Shown here: positions 1 through 9,816 of the stretch, in pieces
Layout: each line of letters opens with the position of its first letter
Position numbering within the stretch: position 1 is the first letter of the stretch
Assembly: GCA_964650735.1 (NCBI GenBank)
Contig: CAZYUT010000001.1
Location: forward strand, 1-57,595
Origin: an uncultured Hyphomicrobiaceae bacterium
GTDB taxonomy: Bacteria; Pseudomonadota; Alphaproteobacteria; Rhizobiales; Rhodomicrobiaceae
Direction of reading: 5' to 3'
Length of the DNA: 57,595 nt
Position numbers and translations under genes: made by a program
The notes under the pieces: generated by a model
Told to the model about the DNA's origin: nothing
Database searches by the model: none
The model's input: only the letters and a program-made list of their open reading frames with translations

Positions 1-407
1 TCGGCAAGGCGAAGGTCGTGCGCGCCGGCGATGCGGTGACCATCGTGTCGTTCTCGCGCGGCATGGTCTATGCGCTGGAGGCCGCCGAGCAGCTCGCCGC
101 GGAAGGCTACGAAGCCGAGGTGATCGACCTGCGCACCCTGCGCCCGCTCGATATGGCCACCGTGATCGAATCGGTTAAGAAGACGAACCGCCTCGTCGTC
201 GTGCAGGAAGCCTGGCCGATAGCGTCCATCGCGTCTGAGGTTTGCGCGCAGGTGGCGCGTGAGGCGTTCGATCATCTCGACGCGCCGCCCACGCCCGTCA
301 CCGGCGCGGACGTGCCGATGCCTTATGCCGCCAACCTGGAGAAGCTGGCGCTGCCGAGCACCGAGCAGGTCGTCGCGGCGGCGAAAACGGTCATGTATGT
401 TGATTAG
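1..407 (+). CDS. pdhB: Pyruvate dehydrogenase E1 beta subunit, 5'-truncated by the window edge
   Basis: Transketolase C-terminal domain motifs EVIDLRTLRPLD and DVPMPYAANLEKLALP; frame is open from the window start; upstream of pdhC and lpdA. Confidence 0.96.
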   Translation, partial: GKAKVVRAGDAVTIVSFSRGMVYALEAAEQLAAEGYEAEVIDLRTLRPLDMATVIESVKKTNRLVVVQEAWPIASIASEVCAQVAREAFDHLDAPPTPVTGADVPMPYAANLEKLALPSTEQVVAAAKTVMYVD

Positions 408-437
408 TGCCGCGCCGGCGCGCGGGCAGGGGGGTGC

Positions 438-884
438 ATGCCAGAGGCCAGTTTGATTGATATCACGCAGTTGCGGATCATGGCCGCCGATACCGTGCTG
501 TCCGTGGTGTCCATCGTGTTCGGGATCATTTCGGCCTATATCACCGGACTGTTCTTCTTCCTGAACCGCGCGCCCCTCCTGCTGCGCTCGCTTGCTTTTG
601 CGCTGCTGAGCATCGCCATCTTTTTCGTTGGCGCGATTGCGCTGGCTGTCAGCCCCGTGGCTGGCGGTCTGGTTGGCCCGGGCCGCGCCATCGACCAGGC
701 GACCGCTGCAACGATATCGGCGATCCAGCGAGGCGACTTCACCCCGGCATTTTCGTTGATGGATATCCCGGTCGGCTACCTCGCCGGCCTGATCATCGGC
801 CTCGCACTGTTCGCGGCGGTTTATCTCGCACTGCTCTACATGACATTTTTCTACCGCTGGCCGAAAACAGATGCGCCAGCCTAA
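438..884 (+). CDS. Hypothetical 3-TM membrane protein (paralog A)
   Basis: 148 aa with three hydrophobic segments; G-rich SD (AGGGGG) before ATG; clear paralog of the next ORF (SAYI..L.FFL..AP..LR.LAF; VYLAL.Y.TF.YRW). Confidence 0.85.
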   Translation: MPEASLIDITQLRIMAADTVLSVVSIVFGIISAYITGLFFFLNRAPLLLRSLAFALLSIAIFFVGAIALAVSPVAGGLVGPGRAIDQATAATISAIQRGDFTPAFSLMDIPVGYLAGLIIGLALFAAVYLALLYMTFFYRWPKTDAPA

Positions 885-906
885 GCCATCGGCCCGGAGA
901 CCGCGC

Positions 907-1332
907 ATGGAGATGACATTCGGCGAACTTACGCAGGGGCGCATAGATGCGATGAGCTTCATCCTCGGCCTGTTCTCGATGTTCTTCACGATCTGCTCGG
1001 CCTACATTGCCGCGCTGTATTTCTTTTTGGGCGTCGCGCCGTTTGCCCTGCGCCTTCTAGCCTTCTTCGTGTTGACCGTCAGTTTCCTGTTTCTCGGCGG
1101 CATGGCGTTCACGGTCAGCGATCTGGTCGAAGTGGTCATCTCGAACTGGGAACAGGCCGACATTCCCTTCTACAGTCAGCAAACGGTGCGCGAATGGCTG
1201 ACGCATCTGGGCGGGAGCTTCCAATTATACTACATCGGCGCATTGCTCGGCTGGGGCTGTGCCTTTATCGTTTACCTCGCGCTTGCCTATCTGACCTTCG
1301 GATACCGCTGGCGACCCGCCGCCGCGCGATGA
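907..1332 (+). CDS. Hypothetical 3-TM membrane protein (paralog B)
   Basis: 141 aa from ATG 907 (GGAG at 896-899); three hydrophobic segments; paralog of 438..884. Confidence 0.85.
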   Translation: MEMTFGELTQGRIDAMSFILGLFSMFFTICSAYIAALYFFLGVAPFALRLLAFFVLTVSFLFLGGMAFTVSDLVEVVISNWEQADIPFYSQQTVREWLTHLGGSFQLYYIGALLGWGCAFIVYLALAYLTFGYRWRPAAAR

Positions 1333-1361
1333 TCAACCGATAAATCCGAACGGATAACACC

Positions 1362-2702
1362 ATGCCCATACCGATCCTGATGCCCGCGCTGTCGCCCACC
1401 ATGGAGGAGGGCAAGCTCGCGAAATGGCTGGTCAAGGAGGGCGACAGCGTCGCGCCCGGCGACATCGTGGCGGAAATCGAGACCGATAAGGCGACAATGG
1501 AGGTCGAGGCGGTCGACGAAGGCACGCTTGGCAAGATCCTCGTCGATGAGGGGACCGAAGGCGTCGCGGTGAACAAGCCGATCGCGGTGCTGCTCGGCGA
1601 GGGCGAGGACGAATCGGCGCTGGCAAGTTTCGACCCGAGCGGATCGCAGACCAAGGCCGAGCCGGAGCCAGCCGGGAGCCAGGCAGCCGGCGGGCCGGGC
1701 GAAGCCGCATCCGCAAGCCAAGGCGCTCAGTCCGCGCCGCAAGCCGCACAGTCGCCGAATGGGCAGGCCGGGCGCGTGCGCGCCTCTCCGCTGGCGCGGC
1801 GTCTTGCGCGCGCGCTCGGGCAGGAACTGGCGAAGCTGCACGGATCGGGGCCGCACGGGCGCATTATCAAACGCGATGTCGAAAAGGCTGCCAAGGGAGC
1901 GCCCGCGGCACCCGCGTCTGCCGCCGCAACGGCCGCGCCGGGTGTCCCGACCACCACGCCGAAGGCGATGACCGACCGGCAGATCATGGCGATGTTCGAG
2001 CCGGACAGTTACGAACTCGTCCCGCATGACAACATGCGCAAGACGATTGCTGAGCGCCTCACGGTCGCCAAGAGCACGATCCCGCATTTCTATCTGTCCA
2101 TCGACTGCGAACTCGACTCGCTCATGGCCGCGCGCCAGCGTCTGAATGCGCGTGCGCCGAAGGAAGGGGAGGGCGCTTACAAGCTGTCGGTCAACGATCT
2201 CATCATCAAGGCGATGGGGCTGGCGCTGCGCGATGTGCCCACGGCTAACGCGGTGTGGACCGACAGCGGCATCCTCATCTCGAAGCATACCGATGTGGCA
2301 GTCGCCGTCGCGGTCGAGGGCGGCCTATTTACGCCCGTTTTGCGCGACGTGGCGGAGAAGAGCCTCGTGCAGTTGTCCAACGAGATGCGTGATCTCGCAG
2401 ACCGTGCGCGAAAGAAACGGCTCGCGCCGCACGAATATCAGGGCGGCACGACGTCGATCTCTAACCTGGGCATGTATGGCATCCGCCGCTTTGATGCGGT
2501 GATCAACCCGCCGCACGCGACGATCCTCTCCGTCGGCCAGGCTGAGCGGCGTCCGGTCGTCAAAGGTAGCGAAATCGAAATCGCCACCGTCATGGCCTGC
2601 ACACTGTCCTGCGACCACAGGGTGGTGGACGGCGCGCTCGGCGCGCAACTGCTTGCCGCGTTCAAGGGCTATATCGAGGAGCCGGTGACGATGCTGGCCT
2701 GA
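1362..2702 (+). CDS. pdhC: Pyruvate dehydrogenase E2 dihydrolipoamide acetyltransferase
   Basis: Lipoyl domain ETDKA, E3-binding domain ASPLARRLA...GSGPHGRI, catalytic DHRVVDG. Confidence 0.97.
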   Translation: MPIPILMPALSPTMEEGKLAKWLVKEGDSVAPGDIVAEIETDKATMEVEAVDEGTLGKILVDEGTEGVAVNKPIAVLLGEGEDESALASFDPSGSQTKAEPEPAGSQAAGGPGEAASASQGAQSAPQAAQSPNGQAGRVRASPLARRLARALGQELAKLHGSGPHGRIIKRDVEKAAKGAPAAPASAAATAAPGVPTTTPKAMTDRQIMAMFEPDSYELVPHDNMRKTIAERLTVAKSTIPHFYLSIDCELDSLMAARQRLNARAPKEGEGAYKLSVNDLIIKAMGLALRDVPTANAVWTDSGILISKHTDVAVAVAVEGGLFTPVLRDVAEKSLVQLSNEMRDLADRARKKRLAPHEYQGGTTSISNLGMYGIRRFDAVINPPHATILSVGQAERRPVVKGSEIEIATVMACTLSCDHRVVDGALGAQLLAAFKGYIEEPVTMLA

Positions 2703-2731
2703 CACGGGCCATAGACCAACAGGGGGCATGC

Positions 2732-4135
2732 ATGGCCGAAACATCCTTTGATCTTGTCGTTATCGGCGCCGGGCCAGGCGGCTATGTCGCTGCGATCCGC
2801 GGGGCGCAGCTCGGCATGAAGACGGCTGTTATCGAGCGCGAGCACCTTGGCGGCATCTGCCTGAACTGGGGTTGCATACCGACGAAGGCGCTGCTGCGCA
2901 CGGCCGAGGTGTATCATCTGATGCAGCATGCCGATCAGTTTGGTCTGAGCGCCAAGGATGTCGGCTACGATACCGAGAAGGTTGTCAAGCGCTCGCGCAA
3001 GATTGCCGGGAAGCTCGCGGGCGGCGTCGGCTACCTGCTCAAAAAGAACAAGGTGACGGTGATCGACGGCGAGGCCAGGCTGGCCGGCAAGGGCAAGGTC
3101 ACGGTCTCGGCCAAGAACGGCGGCCCGAACGAGGTCACGGCCAAGCACATCATCATCGCCACCGGCGCGCGGGCGCGCACGTTGCCGGGCATGGAACCGG
3201 ACGGCAAGCTCATCTGGACCTACAAGGAAGCCATGGTGCCCGACATCATGCCGAAATCCGTGCTGGTGATCGGCTCCGGCGCGATCGGCATCGAGTTCGC
3301 CAGCTTCTACCGAACGATGGGCGCGGAGACGACGGTCGTCGAGATCATGGACCGGATCGTGCCGGCCGAGGACGAGGAAATCTCCGCGCTGGCGAGAAAG
3401 ACCTTCGAGAAGCAGGGCATGACGATCCACACCGAGGCGAAGGTGGAAAAGCTTGAGCCCGGCAAGAACAAGGTCAAGGCGACGATCCAGACCGCGGACG
3501 GCAGAAGCGAGGAGCAGACATTCGAGCGGGTCATCCTCGCGGTCGGAATCACCGGCAATGTCGAGGGGATCGGACTGGAAAACCTCGGCGTAAAGGTCGA
3601 AAAGGGCCACATCGTCGTCGACGAGTGGAGCCATACGGGCGTCGAGAACATCTACGCCATCGGCGACGTGACTGGTCCGCCCTGGCTCGCGCACAAGGCC
3701 AGCCATGAAGGCGTCATCTGCGTCGAGAAGATCGCCGGGGTCAACAACGTCCATCCGCTCGACACGACGAACATTCCGGGCTGCACCTACTGCAACCCGC
3801 AGATCGCATCGGTCGGGATGACGGAGGCCGAAGCGAAAGCAGCCGGGCATGAAGTCAAGGTCGGCCGCTTCCCGTTCCAGGGCAATGGAAAAGCCTTGGC
3901 GCTCGGCGAGGATCAGGGCCTCATCAAGACCGTCTTCGATGCGGACACCGGCGAACTGCTCGGCGCGCACATGATCGGCGCGGAGGTCACCGAGCTGATC
4001 CAGGGCTACGGCATCGCCAAGACGCTGGAGACCACCGAGGCCGAACTCATGCATACGGTGTTCCCTCACCCCACTCTGTCCGAAATGATGCACGAGTCGG
4101 TCCTCGACGCCTACGACCGGGTCATTCACATTTGA
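2732..4135 (+). CDS. lpdA: Dihydrolipoamide dehydrogenase (E3)
   Basis: GAGPGG FAD motif, GGICLNWGCIP redox disulfide, HPTLSE. Confidence 0.97.
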   Translation: MAETSFDLVVIGAGPGGYVAAIRGAQLGMKTAVIEREHLGGICLNWGCIPTKALLRTAEVYHLMQHADQFGLSAKDVGYDTEKVVKRSRKIAGKLAGGVGYLLKKNKVTVIDGEARLAGKGKVTVSAKNGGPNEVTAKHIIIATGARARTLPGMEPDGKLIWTYKEAMVPDIMPKSVLVIGSGAIGIEFASFYRTMGAETTVVEIMDRIVPAEDEEISALARKTFEKQGMTIHTEAKVEKLEPGKNKVKATIQTADGRSEEQTFERVILAVGITGNVEGIGLENLGVKVEKGHIVVDEWSHTGVENIYAIGDVTGPPWLAHKASHEGVICVEKIAGVNNVHPLDTTNIPGCTYCNPQIASVGMTEAEAKAAGHEVKVGRFPFQGNGKALALGEDQGLIKTVFDADTGELLGAHMIGAEVTELIQGYGIAKTLETTEAELMHTVFPHPTLSEMMHESVLDAYDRVIHI

Positions 4136-4226
4136 TTGCGCAGAGCGTGCGGTCTACAACCTCGGGAATCCAAGTGGGTGTCTGTCTGGCCATTCGGCAC
4201 GTCCTGTGAGGTGGGGAGGGCTGAGA

Positions 4227-5378
4227 ATGCTGCGCGCGATCGCTGCACTGCTGCTCGCGGTTGCCCTGCTGCCGCTGTCGGCGCAGGCGCAAGATCTCTG
4301 GCGCGCGGGCGCATCGGTGTCGGTGGTCGCGCAGGGCGAGCCGGATGTCTGGGTGGCCGGCGCTTGGGTCAGCGTGCGCGGGCAGACGGCGCGCGATATC
4401 TGGGCCGCCGGTGCAATTGTCGAGATCAACGCGGAGACAGGGGCGGATGTCTGGGCGGCGGGCAGCCGCGTGACGATTGGCGGCCGCGTGGGCGAGGCGC
4501 TCACCGCCACCGGCGCGGAGGTTGACGTCTCTGCGCGCGTTTCTGGTCCGTCTCGTGTCGCCGGCGCGCGGGTGACGTTCGCGCCCCGTGCCGTGCTCAA
4601 TGGTCCGGTTCGCGGCGCCGGCGCGCTGGTCGATTTCCGCGCCCGCGGAAGCGGCAATATCAGTCTGTCCGGCGCGGAAGTCACCTTCGATGGCCAGACC
4701 ACCGGCGATGTCGTGATCCGCGCGGAAACAGTGCGCATAGGCGCGCAGGCTGAGATCGGCGGCAATCTGGAGATTTATTCAGATCGGCGGCCCGAAATCG
4801 CCCAGCAGGCGCGCATCGGCGGGCGGCTGGTGACGCTCGGGCTTGAGGATGCCGACTGGCCCGACGGCGGCGGTTTCCCCGCGCTGCTCGCTGGTCTGAT
4901 CGCGCCGGCGATCTTTGCCATCAGCGCGTTTATCCTCGGCCTGGTTGCCATCTGGCTGGTGCGTGGAGCAGTGGAACAGACCATCGACACCTTCATGGAG
5001 CGGCCGGGCGGCAGCCTGCTGCGCGGCCTGCTGACCCTGGTGGCGGTGTTTATCGGCGCGGGCGCGCTGGTGGCCCTGTTTGTCGGCTTCCCGCTGGGGC
5101 TTGCTGTACTGTTCACCGCGCCGGTGCTCATCATCACCGGGCTGGCGAGCGCAGGCCTGAGCCTTGGCGAATGGATCGCCAACCGCGCAGGCGAGCCGAC
5201 GAGCGTGGGCGGACGCATTGGCCTGATGGCGCTTGGCGTTTTCATCCTCGCGCTGGTCGGGCTTATTCCGATGGCCGGGGTGCTGCTGGTATTGCTGGCG
5301 ATCCTGATGGGCCTCGGTGCGGCGGTGATCACCGTGCTGTCGCGGCTGCGTCCGGAGACCCCGCCTGCGGGATATTGA
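4227..5378 (+). CDS. Membrane protein with signal peptide, bactofilin-like (polymer-forming) beta-helix repeats and a C-terminal multi-TM domain
   Basis: Signal peptide ending AQA; about 9 repeats of about 17 aa (DLWRAGASVSV, DVWVAGAWVSV, DIWAAGAIVEI, DVWAAGSRVTI...); about 5 TM segments; GGAGGG upstream of ATG 4227. Confidence 0.8.
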   Translation: MLRAIAALLLAVALLPLSAQAQDLWRAGASVSVVAQGEPDVWVAGAWVSVRGQTARDIWAAGAIVEINAETGADVWAAGSRVTIGGRVGEALTATGAEVDVSARVSGPSRVAGARVTFAPRAVLNGPVRGAGALVDFRARGSGNISLSGAEVTFDGQTTGDVVIRAETVRIGAQAEIGGNLEIYSDRRPEIAQQARIGGRLVTLGLEDADWPDGGGFPALLAGLIAPAIFAISAFILGLVAIWLVRGAVEQTIDTFMERPGGSLLRGLLTLVAVFIGAGALVALFVGFPLGLAVLFTAPVLIITGLASAGLSLGEWIANRAGEPTSVGGRIGLMALGVFILALVGLIPMAGVLLVLLAILMGLGAAVITVLSRLRPETPPAGY

Positions 5379-5402
5379 ACGGCGCGGCGCCCGGCCGCAT
5401 CC

Positions 5403-5431
5403 CTTTACCGCTTGAAGCGGGACGCCTATTT
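5403..5431 (+). promoter_or_regulatory. Putative sigma70-type promoter of lipA
   Basis: CTTTAC-N17-CTATTT resembles the rhizobial CTTGAC-N17-CTATAT consensus. Confidence 0.35.
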
Positions 5432-5477
5432 CTGAAACAATCATAGAGCGGGCGCGATTGAACCGCATAGGACAACC

Positions 5478-6467
5478 ATGGTCACAATTCTCGACACACG
5501 CGAGCAAGCTGCGCCGACCAATGACCGCGCCGCGCTGCGCCACCCGGAAAAGCGCAACCGGCCCGACACGCCGGTCCAGCGCAAGCCGGAATGGATTCGC
5601 GTCAAGGCGCCGGTCTCAGAGGGCTATCACGAAACCCGCAAGATCATGCGCGGGCTGAAGCTCGCCACGGTCTGCGAGGAAGCGGGCTGCCCGAACATCG
5701 GCGAGTGCTGGGAGAAGAAGCACGCCACCATGATGATCATGGGCGAGGTCTGCACCCGCGCCTGCGCCTTCTGCAACGTCACGACCGGCCGGCCTGCGCC
5801 GCTCAACCCGGATGAGCCCGCGCATGTCGCTGAAGCCGTCGCGGCGCTGGGCCTCAACCATGTTGTCATTACCTCGGTGGATCGGGACGATCTCGATGAT
5901 GGCGGGGCCGGGCATTTCGCCGCCGTCATCCGCGCCATCCGCGATACCGCGCCCGGGACCACGATCGAGGTTCTGACGCCGGACTTCCTGCGCAAGGACG
6001 GCGCGTTGGAACAGGTCATCGCGGCCCGGCCCGACGTCTTTAACCACAATCTGGAGACGGTGCCGTCGCTCTATCTGACTATCCGCCCCGGCTCGCGCTA
6101 CTTCCATTCCCTGCGGCTGTTGCAGCGCGCCAAGGAGCTTGATCCCAACATGTTCACCAAGTCCGGCCTGATGGTCGGGCTGGGCGAGACGCGCAACGAG
6201 CTTCTGCAGGTCATGGACGATCTGCGCAGCGCCGATGTCGATTTCCTGACGATAGGCCAGTATCTCCAGCCCACGCGCAAGCACGCCGCGGTCAACCGCT
6301 TCATCCCGCCGGATGAGTTCGCCGCGCTGGAGCGCACGGCCTACGCCAAGGGTTTCCTGATGGTCTCGGCAAGCCCGCTGACGCGCTCGTCCTACCATGC
6401 TGGCGAGGATTTCGCACGGCTGCGCGCCGCGCGCCAGGCGGCAAACGCCGGAGCGCAGCTGGCATGA
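5478..6467 (+). CDS. lipA: Lipoyl synthase
   Basis: [12 protein letters not shown] and radical-SAM CTRACAFC motifs; C-terminal RSSYHA. Confidence 0.97.
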   Translation: MVTILDTREQAAPTNDRAALRHPEKRNRPDTPVQRKPEWIRVKAPVSEGYHETRKIMRGLKLATVCEEAGCPNIGECWEKKHATMMIMGEVCTRACAFCNVTTGRPAPLNPDEPAHVAEAVAALGLNHVVITSVDRDDLDDGGAGHFAAVIRAIRDTAPGTTIEVLTPDFLRKDGALEQVIAARPDVFNHNLETVPSLYLTIRPGSRYFHSLRLLQRAKELDPNMFTKSGLMVGLGETRNELLQVMDDLRSADVDFLTIGQYLQPTRKHAAVNRFIPPDEFAALERTAYAKGFLMVSASPLTRSSYHAGEDFARLRAARQAANAGAQLA

Positions 6468-6943
6468 CGCAGTTCCGCACCACCCGCCGCGTGGCGCATT
6501 CCGCCGACAACATGTTCGCCCTCGTGGCCGATGTGGAGCGGTATCCCGAGTTCGTGCCCCTGTGCGAGCGGCTGCGTCTCAACGAGCGAGAGCAGCACGC
6601 GGAGGGCGAAACGCTCGTGGCTGAGATGACCGTGGCCTATCGCTTCCTGCGCGAATCGTTCGTCACCCGCGTGCAGCTGCGCCCGGAGCAGCGATATATC
6701 CTCGCGGAGTATGTCGACGGCCCGTTCCGGTATCTGGAGAACCGGTGGACCTTCACGCCCATCGGCGCAAATAGCTGCGAGATCGGCTTCGATCTGGCTT
6801 ACGAGTTCCGCTCGCGGGCGCTGCAGATGCTGATGGGCCAGGTCTTCGATCGCGCTTTCCGAAAGTTCGTGACGGCCTTCGAGGCGCGCGCGGACCAGAT
6901 TTATGGCAAGGCCGACTGGCGGGTTCGCACCGAAAACGTCTAG
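6464..6943 (+). CDS. ratA: RatA/PasT (Coq10-like START/SRPBCC domain) protein
   Basis: [32 protein letters not shown]; ATGA overlap with lipA. Confidence 0.88.
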   Translation: MTQFRTTRRVAHSADNMFALVADVERYPEFVPLCERLRLNEREQHAEGETLVAEMTVAYRFLRESFVTRVQLRPEQRYILAEYVDGPFRYLENRWTFTPIGANSCEIGFDLAYEFRSRALQMLMGQVFDRAFRKFVTAFEARADQIYGKADWRVRTENV

Positions 6944-6948
6944 CCTGG

Positions 6949-7452
6949 CTACTGACGGGCGAGTTGTATTAGCCGGTCGAGCGCAGTCGCAACAGTGTGC
7001 TCACGCACCACATTTCGGCCCACATTGCCGAACTCGCAGCGCTCGACAAACACCTCCAAGCCGTCCGCGGTTTTGCGCCCAAAGCCAATGAACACCAGCC
7101 CGACCGGCTTTTCCGCCGAGCCGCCGCCCGGCCCGGCAATGCCTGTGATGCTCACCGCCAGATTGACGGGCGCGCGCGCAAGCACGCCCGCGGCCATCGC
7201 CCGGGCCACCGGCTCCGATACCGCACCATGCGCGGCCAGCAGGTCCGCATCGACGCCGAGCATCTCGACCTTTGCCGCGTTGGCATAGGTCACGAAACCG
7301 CGCTCGAACACGCTGGATGAGCCAGGCACAGCCGTCAGACACGCCGAGAGCAGTCCGCCGGTGCAGGATTCGGCCGTGCCGATCAGGAGCCCGCGTTCCC
7401 TGCACAGCTCGATCAGCACGCGCGCCTGTTCGCTCAGCCGGCCGTCTAGCAT
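6949..7452 (-). CDS. cinA: CinA-family nicotinamide mononucleotide deamidase (PncC)
   Basis: [24 protein letters not shown] motifs. Confidence 0.92.
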   Translation of the reverse strand: MLDGRLSEQARVLIELCRERGLLIGTAESCTGGLLSACLTAVPGSSSVFERGFVTYANAAKVEMLGVDADLLAAHGAVSEPVARAMAAGVLARAPVNLAVSITGIAGPGGGSAEKPVGLVFIGFGRKTADGLEVFVERCEFGNVGRNVVREHTVATALDRLIQLARQ

Positions 7453-8636
7453 GTCTCCTCTCCGCTTGCCGGCACGGTCACGCTCGCGCTGGCCATCGCC
7501 GCAATACCCTCCCGGCGCCCGGTGAAGCCGAGCTGCTCGCTGGTCGTTGCCTTCACGCTAACCCGAGCAACTGCCACCCCAAGGATCTCCGCGATCGCCG
7601 CGCGCATGACTTCGCGATGGGGGCCGATCTTCGGTTCCTCGCAGATGAGCGTAACGTCCACATTTACGATGCGCCCGCCGCGCCGCGCGACCTCGCCAGC
7701 GGCGTGCTCCAGGAAAATGTGCGAGGCTGCACCGCGCCACTGCGGGTCGGAGGGCGGGAAATGCGCGCCGATATCGCCCGCGCCCACCGCGCCCAGGATC
7801 GCATCGGTGAGCGCGTGAAGACCCACATCGGCATCCGAATGCCCGGCCAGCGAGCGCTCATGCGAGATCGGCACGCCGCACAGCCAGACGGTGTCGCCGG
7901 GGCCGAAGGCGTGCACGTCGAAGCCTGTGCCCACCCGAGTCTCGGTTGGTTGCGCGATCAGGCTCTCGGCCAAGGCCATATCCTCCGGGCTGGTGATCTT
8001 CAGATTGCGCTCAGACCCCAGCGCCAGCGCGACCGGAATCCCAGCCCATTCCGCGATGCTGGCATCGTCCGTGAAGCTCTCATCCGTTGCCGCAGCCGCT
8101 TCATGCGCGTTGCGTATCGCCTCATAGGCAAAGCCCTGCGGCGTTTGCGCGCGCCAAAGGCCGGTTCGGTCCACCGTGGCTTCAATCATGCCACCTTGGC
8201 CGCGTTTGAGCGTGTCGGCAACCGGCATGGCCGCGACACCTGCGCCGCGCGCGCGCGCGCTGTCGATGACCCGCGAAATCACCTCAGGCGGCGTGAGCGG
8301 GCGGGCGGCGTCGTGAATGAGCACGATCTCGGGCCTGATCTCTTCGAGCGCCCGCAGGCCGTTGAGCACCGAGTGCTGCCGTTCCGCGCCGCCAGGGACC
8401 GGCGGCAGCAGCTTGGCCCGGTCGGGCAGGGCGCTTGCAGTCGACTCATAGAAGTCGCGATGCTCTTGCGCGATCACGGCCAGCACGCGATCCACCCGGG
8501 GATGTTCGCAAAACAACCGCAAAGTGCGCGTCAGCACCATCTGGCCGCTCAGGCGGGCATACTGTTTCGGCGGCGCGCCCGGCGTGGCAGCGCGCGTCCC
8601 GCGTCCGGCTGCGACAATCAATGCGGCGGTGGTCAC
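7446..8636 (-). CDS. ispDF: Bifunctional IspD/IspF (MEP pathway)
   Basis: AAGRGTR, IHDAARP, AQTPQ (IspD); GFDVHAF, HSDADV (IspF); GTG start. Confidence 0.96.
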   Translation of the reverse strand: MTTAALIVAAGRGTRAATPGAPPKQYARLSGQMVLTRTLRLFCEHPRVDRVLAVIAQEHRDFYESTASALPDRAKLLPPVPGGAERQHSVLNGLRALEEIRPEIVLIHDAARPLTPPEVISRVIDSARARGAGVAAMPVADTLKRGQGGMIEATVDRTGLWRAQTPQGFAYEAIRNAHEAAAATDESFTDDASIAEWAGIPVALALGSERNLKITSPEDMALAESLIAQPTETRVGTGFDVHAFGPGDTVWLCGVPISHERSLAGHSDADVGLHALTDAILGAVGAGDIGAHFPPSDPQWRGAASHIFLEHAAGEVARRGGRIVNVDVTLICEEPKIGPHREVMRAAIAEILGVAVARVSVKATTSEQLGFTGRREGIAAMASASVTVPASGEETC

Positions 8637-8755
8637 GCTGGGCTCACTCCTGGTCTGAAGGGCCGCAATTTATGGCCGCACCGCCCGATTGCCAACGGAT
8701 TTGTCAGCGCGGTAAACCGGAGGAGAGCGAGGCGAGAACATTTGTTCTTGCAAGT

Positions 8756-8800
8756 TGCCTATTGAATAAGCGACCCATTGATGTGCATAATTTGGCAGCA
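8756..8800. promoter_or_regulatory. Two tandem NtrC-like sites upstream of dusB-ntrBC
   Basis: TGC-CTATTGAATAA-GCG (8756-8772) and TGC-ATAATTTGGCA-GCA (8784-8800) fit TGC-N11-GCA with AT-rich cores. Confidence 0.55.
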
Positions 8801-8814
8801 CTGATCGGAGTGGA

Positions 8815-9816
8815 ATGGTGGACCTGGCGATCCAGATCGGCAATTTGCGGTTGCGCAACAACGTGTTGCTTGCGCCGATGTCCGGCATAACGGACTGGCC
8901 GTTCCGCGTCATGGCGCAGGACTATGGCGCCGGACTGGTCGTCTCGGAAATGGTGCAGGCGCAATATCTGGCTGATCGCAAGCCTGACGTGCTGCTGCGC
9001 GCCGAGGGCAAGGGCATTTCGCCGTTTGCCGTGCAGCTCGCCGGGCGCGACCCTTACTGGATGCGCGAGGCGGCGCGGCTCGCGCAGGACATGGGCGCCG
9101 ATCTCATCGACATCAATTTTGGTTGCCCCGCGCGCAAGGTGACAAGCGGACTGTCGGGTTCGGCGCTGATGCGCGAGCCGGAACTGGCGCTCAAGCTGAT
9201 CGAGGCGGTGGTCGGCGCGGCGCGCGTGCCGGTCACGCTCAAGATGCGCATGGGCTGGGACCACGAGAGCCTGAACGCGCCGGGACTGGCCCGTGCGGCT
9301 TATGATGCGGGCGTACAGATGGTCACAGTGCATGGGCGCACGCGCTGCCAGTTCTACAAGGGCACTGCGGACTGGACGTTTATCCAGCGGGTCAAACAGG
9401 CTGTGCCGATCCCGGTCATTGTCAACGGCGATATTTGCAGCGTGGCTGATGCGCGCGAGGCGCTCAGGGCCTCCGGTGCGGACGGCGTCATGATCGGGCG
9501 CGGCGCCATCGGGCGGCCCTGGGTGTTGGGCCAGGTCGCGGCGGAGCTTGCCGGAAGGCACACGCCGGCAGAGACGCCATTGCAGCGGGCCTCCCAGATC
9601 GCGGCGCACTACGAACGGGCGATCGCGCATTACGGCAAGGCGCTTGGCGTGCGCTGTGTGCGCAAACATGTCGCCGCCTACATCGATCACGCGCCGGTGC
9701 CGGAATCCCAGCGCGCGCAGGCGCGGGCCCGCCTGATGCGCGAGCGCGATCCGGACCGGGTGCGTGATGCGCTGGCAGCGCTTCATGCCGAACCGATGAC
9801 GGAGTTGGCAGCATGA
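8815..9816 (+). CDS. dusB: tRNA-dihydrouridine synthase B (NifR3)
   Basis: LAPMSG, DINFGCP, TVHGRT, NGDI, GVMIGRG; first gene of the nifR3-ntrBC operon. Confidence 0.95.
   Translation: MVDLAIQIGNLRLRNNVLLAPMSGITDWPFRVMAQDYGAGLVVSEMVQAQYLADRKPDVLLRAEGKGISPFAVQLAGRDPYWMREAARLAQDMGADLIDINFGCPARKVTSGLSGSALMREPELALKLIEAVVGAARVPVTLKMRMGWDHESLNAPGLARAAYDAGVQMVTVHGRTRCQFYKGTADWTFIQRVKQAVPIPVIVNGDICSVADAREALRASGADGVMIGRGAIGRPWVLGQVAAELAGRHTPAETPLQRASQIAAHYERAIAHYGKALGVRCVRKHVAAYIDHAPVPESQRAQARARLMRERDPDRVRDALAALHAEPMTELAA

Noticed and set aside
6464-6943. RatA as a toxin-antitoxin system
   Set aside because: No adjacent RatB/PasI gene; the family is better supported as a Coq10-like quinone-binding protein
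7272-8765. 497-aa plus-strand ORF
   Set aside because: Antisense shadow of ispDF and cinA
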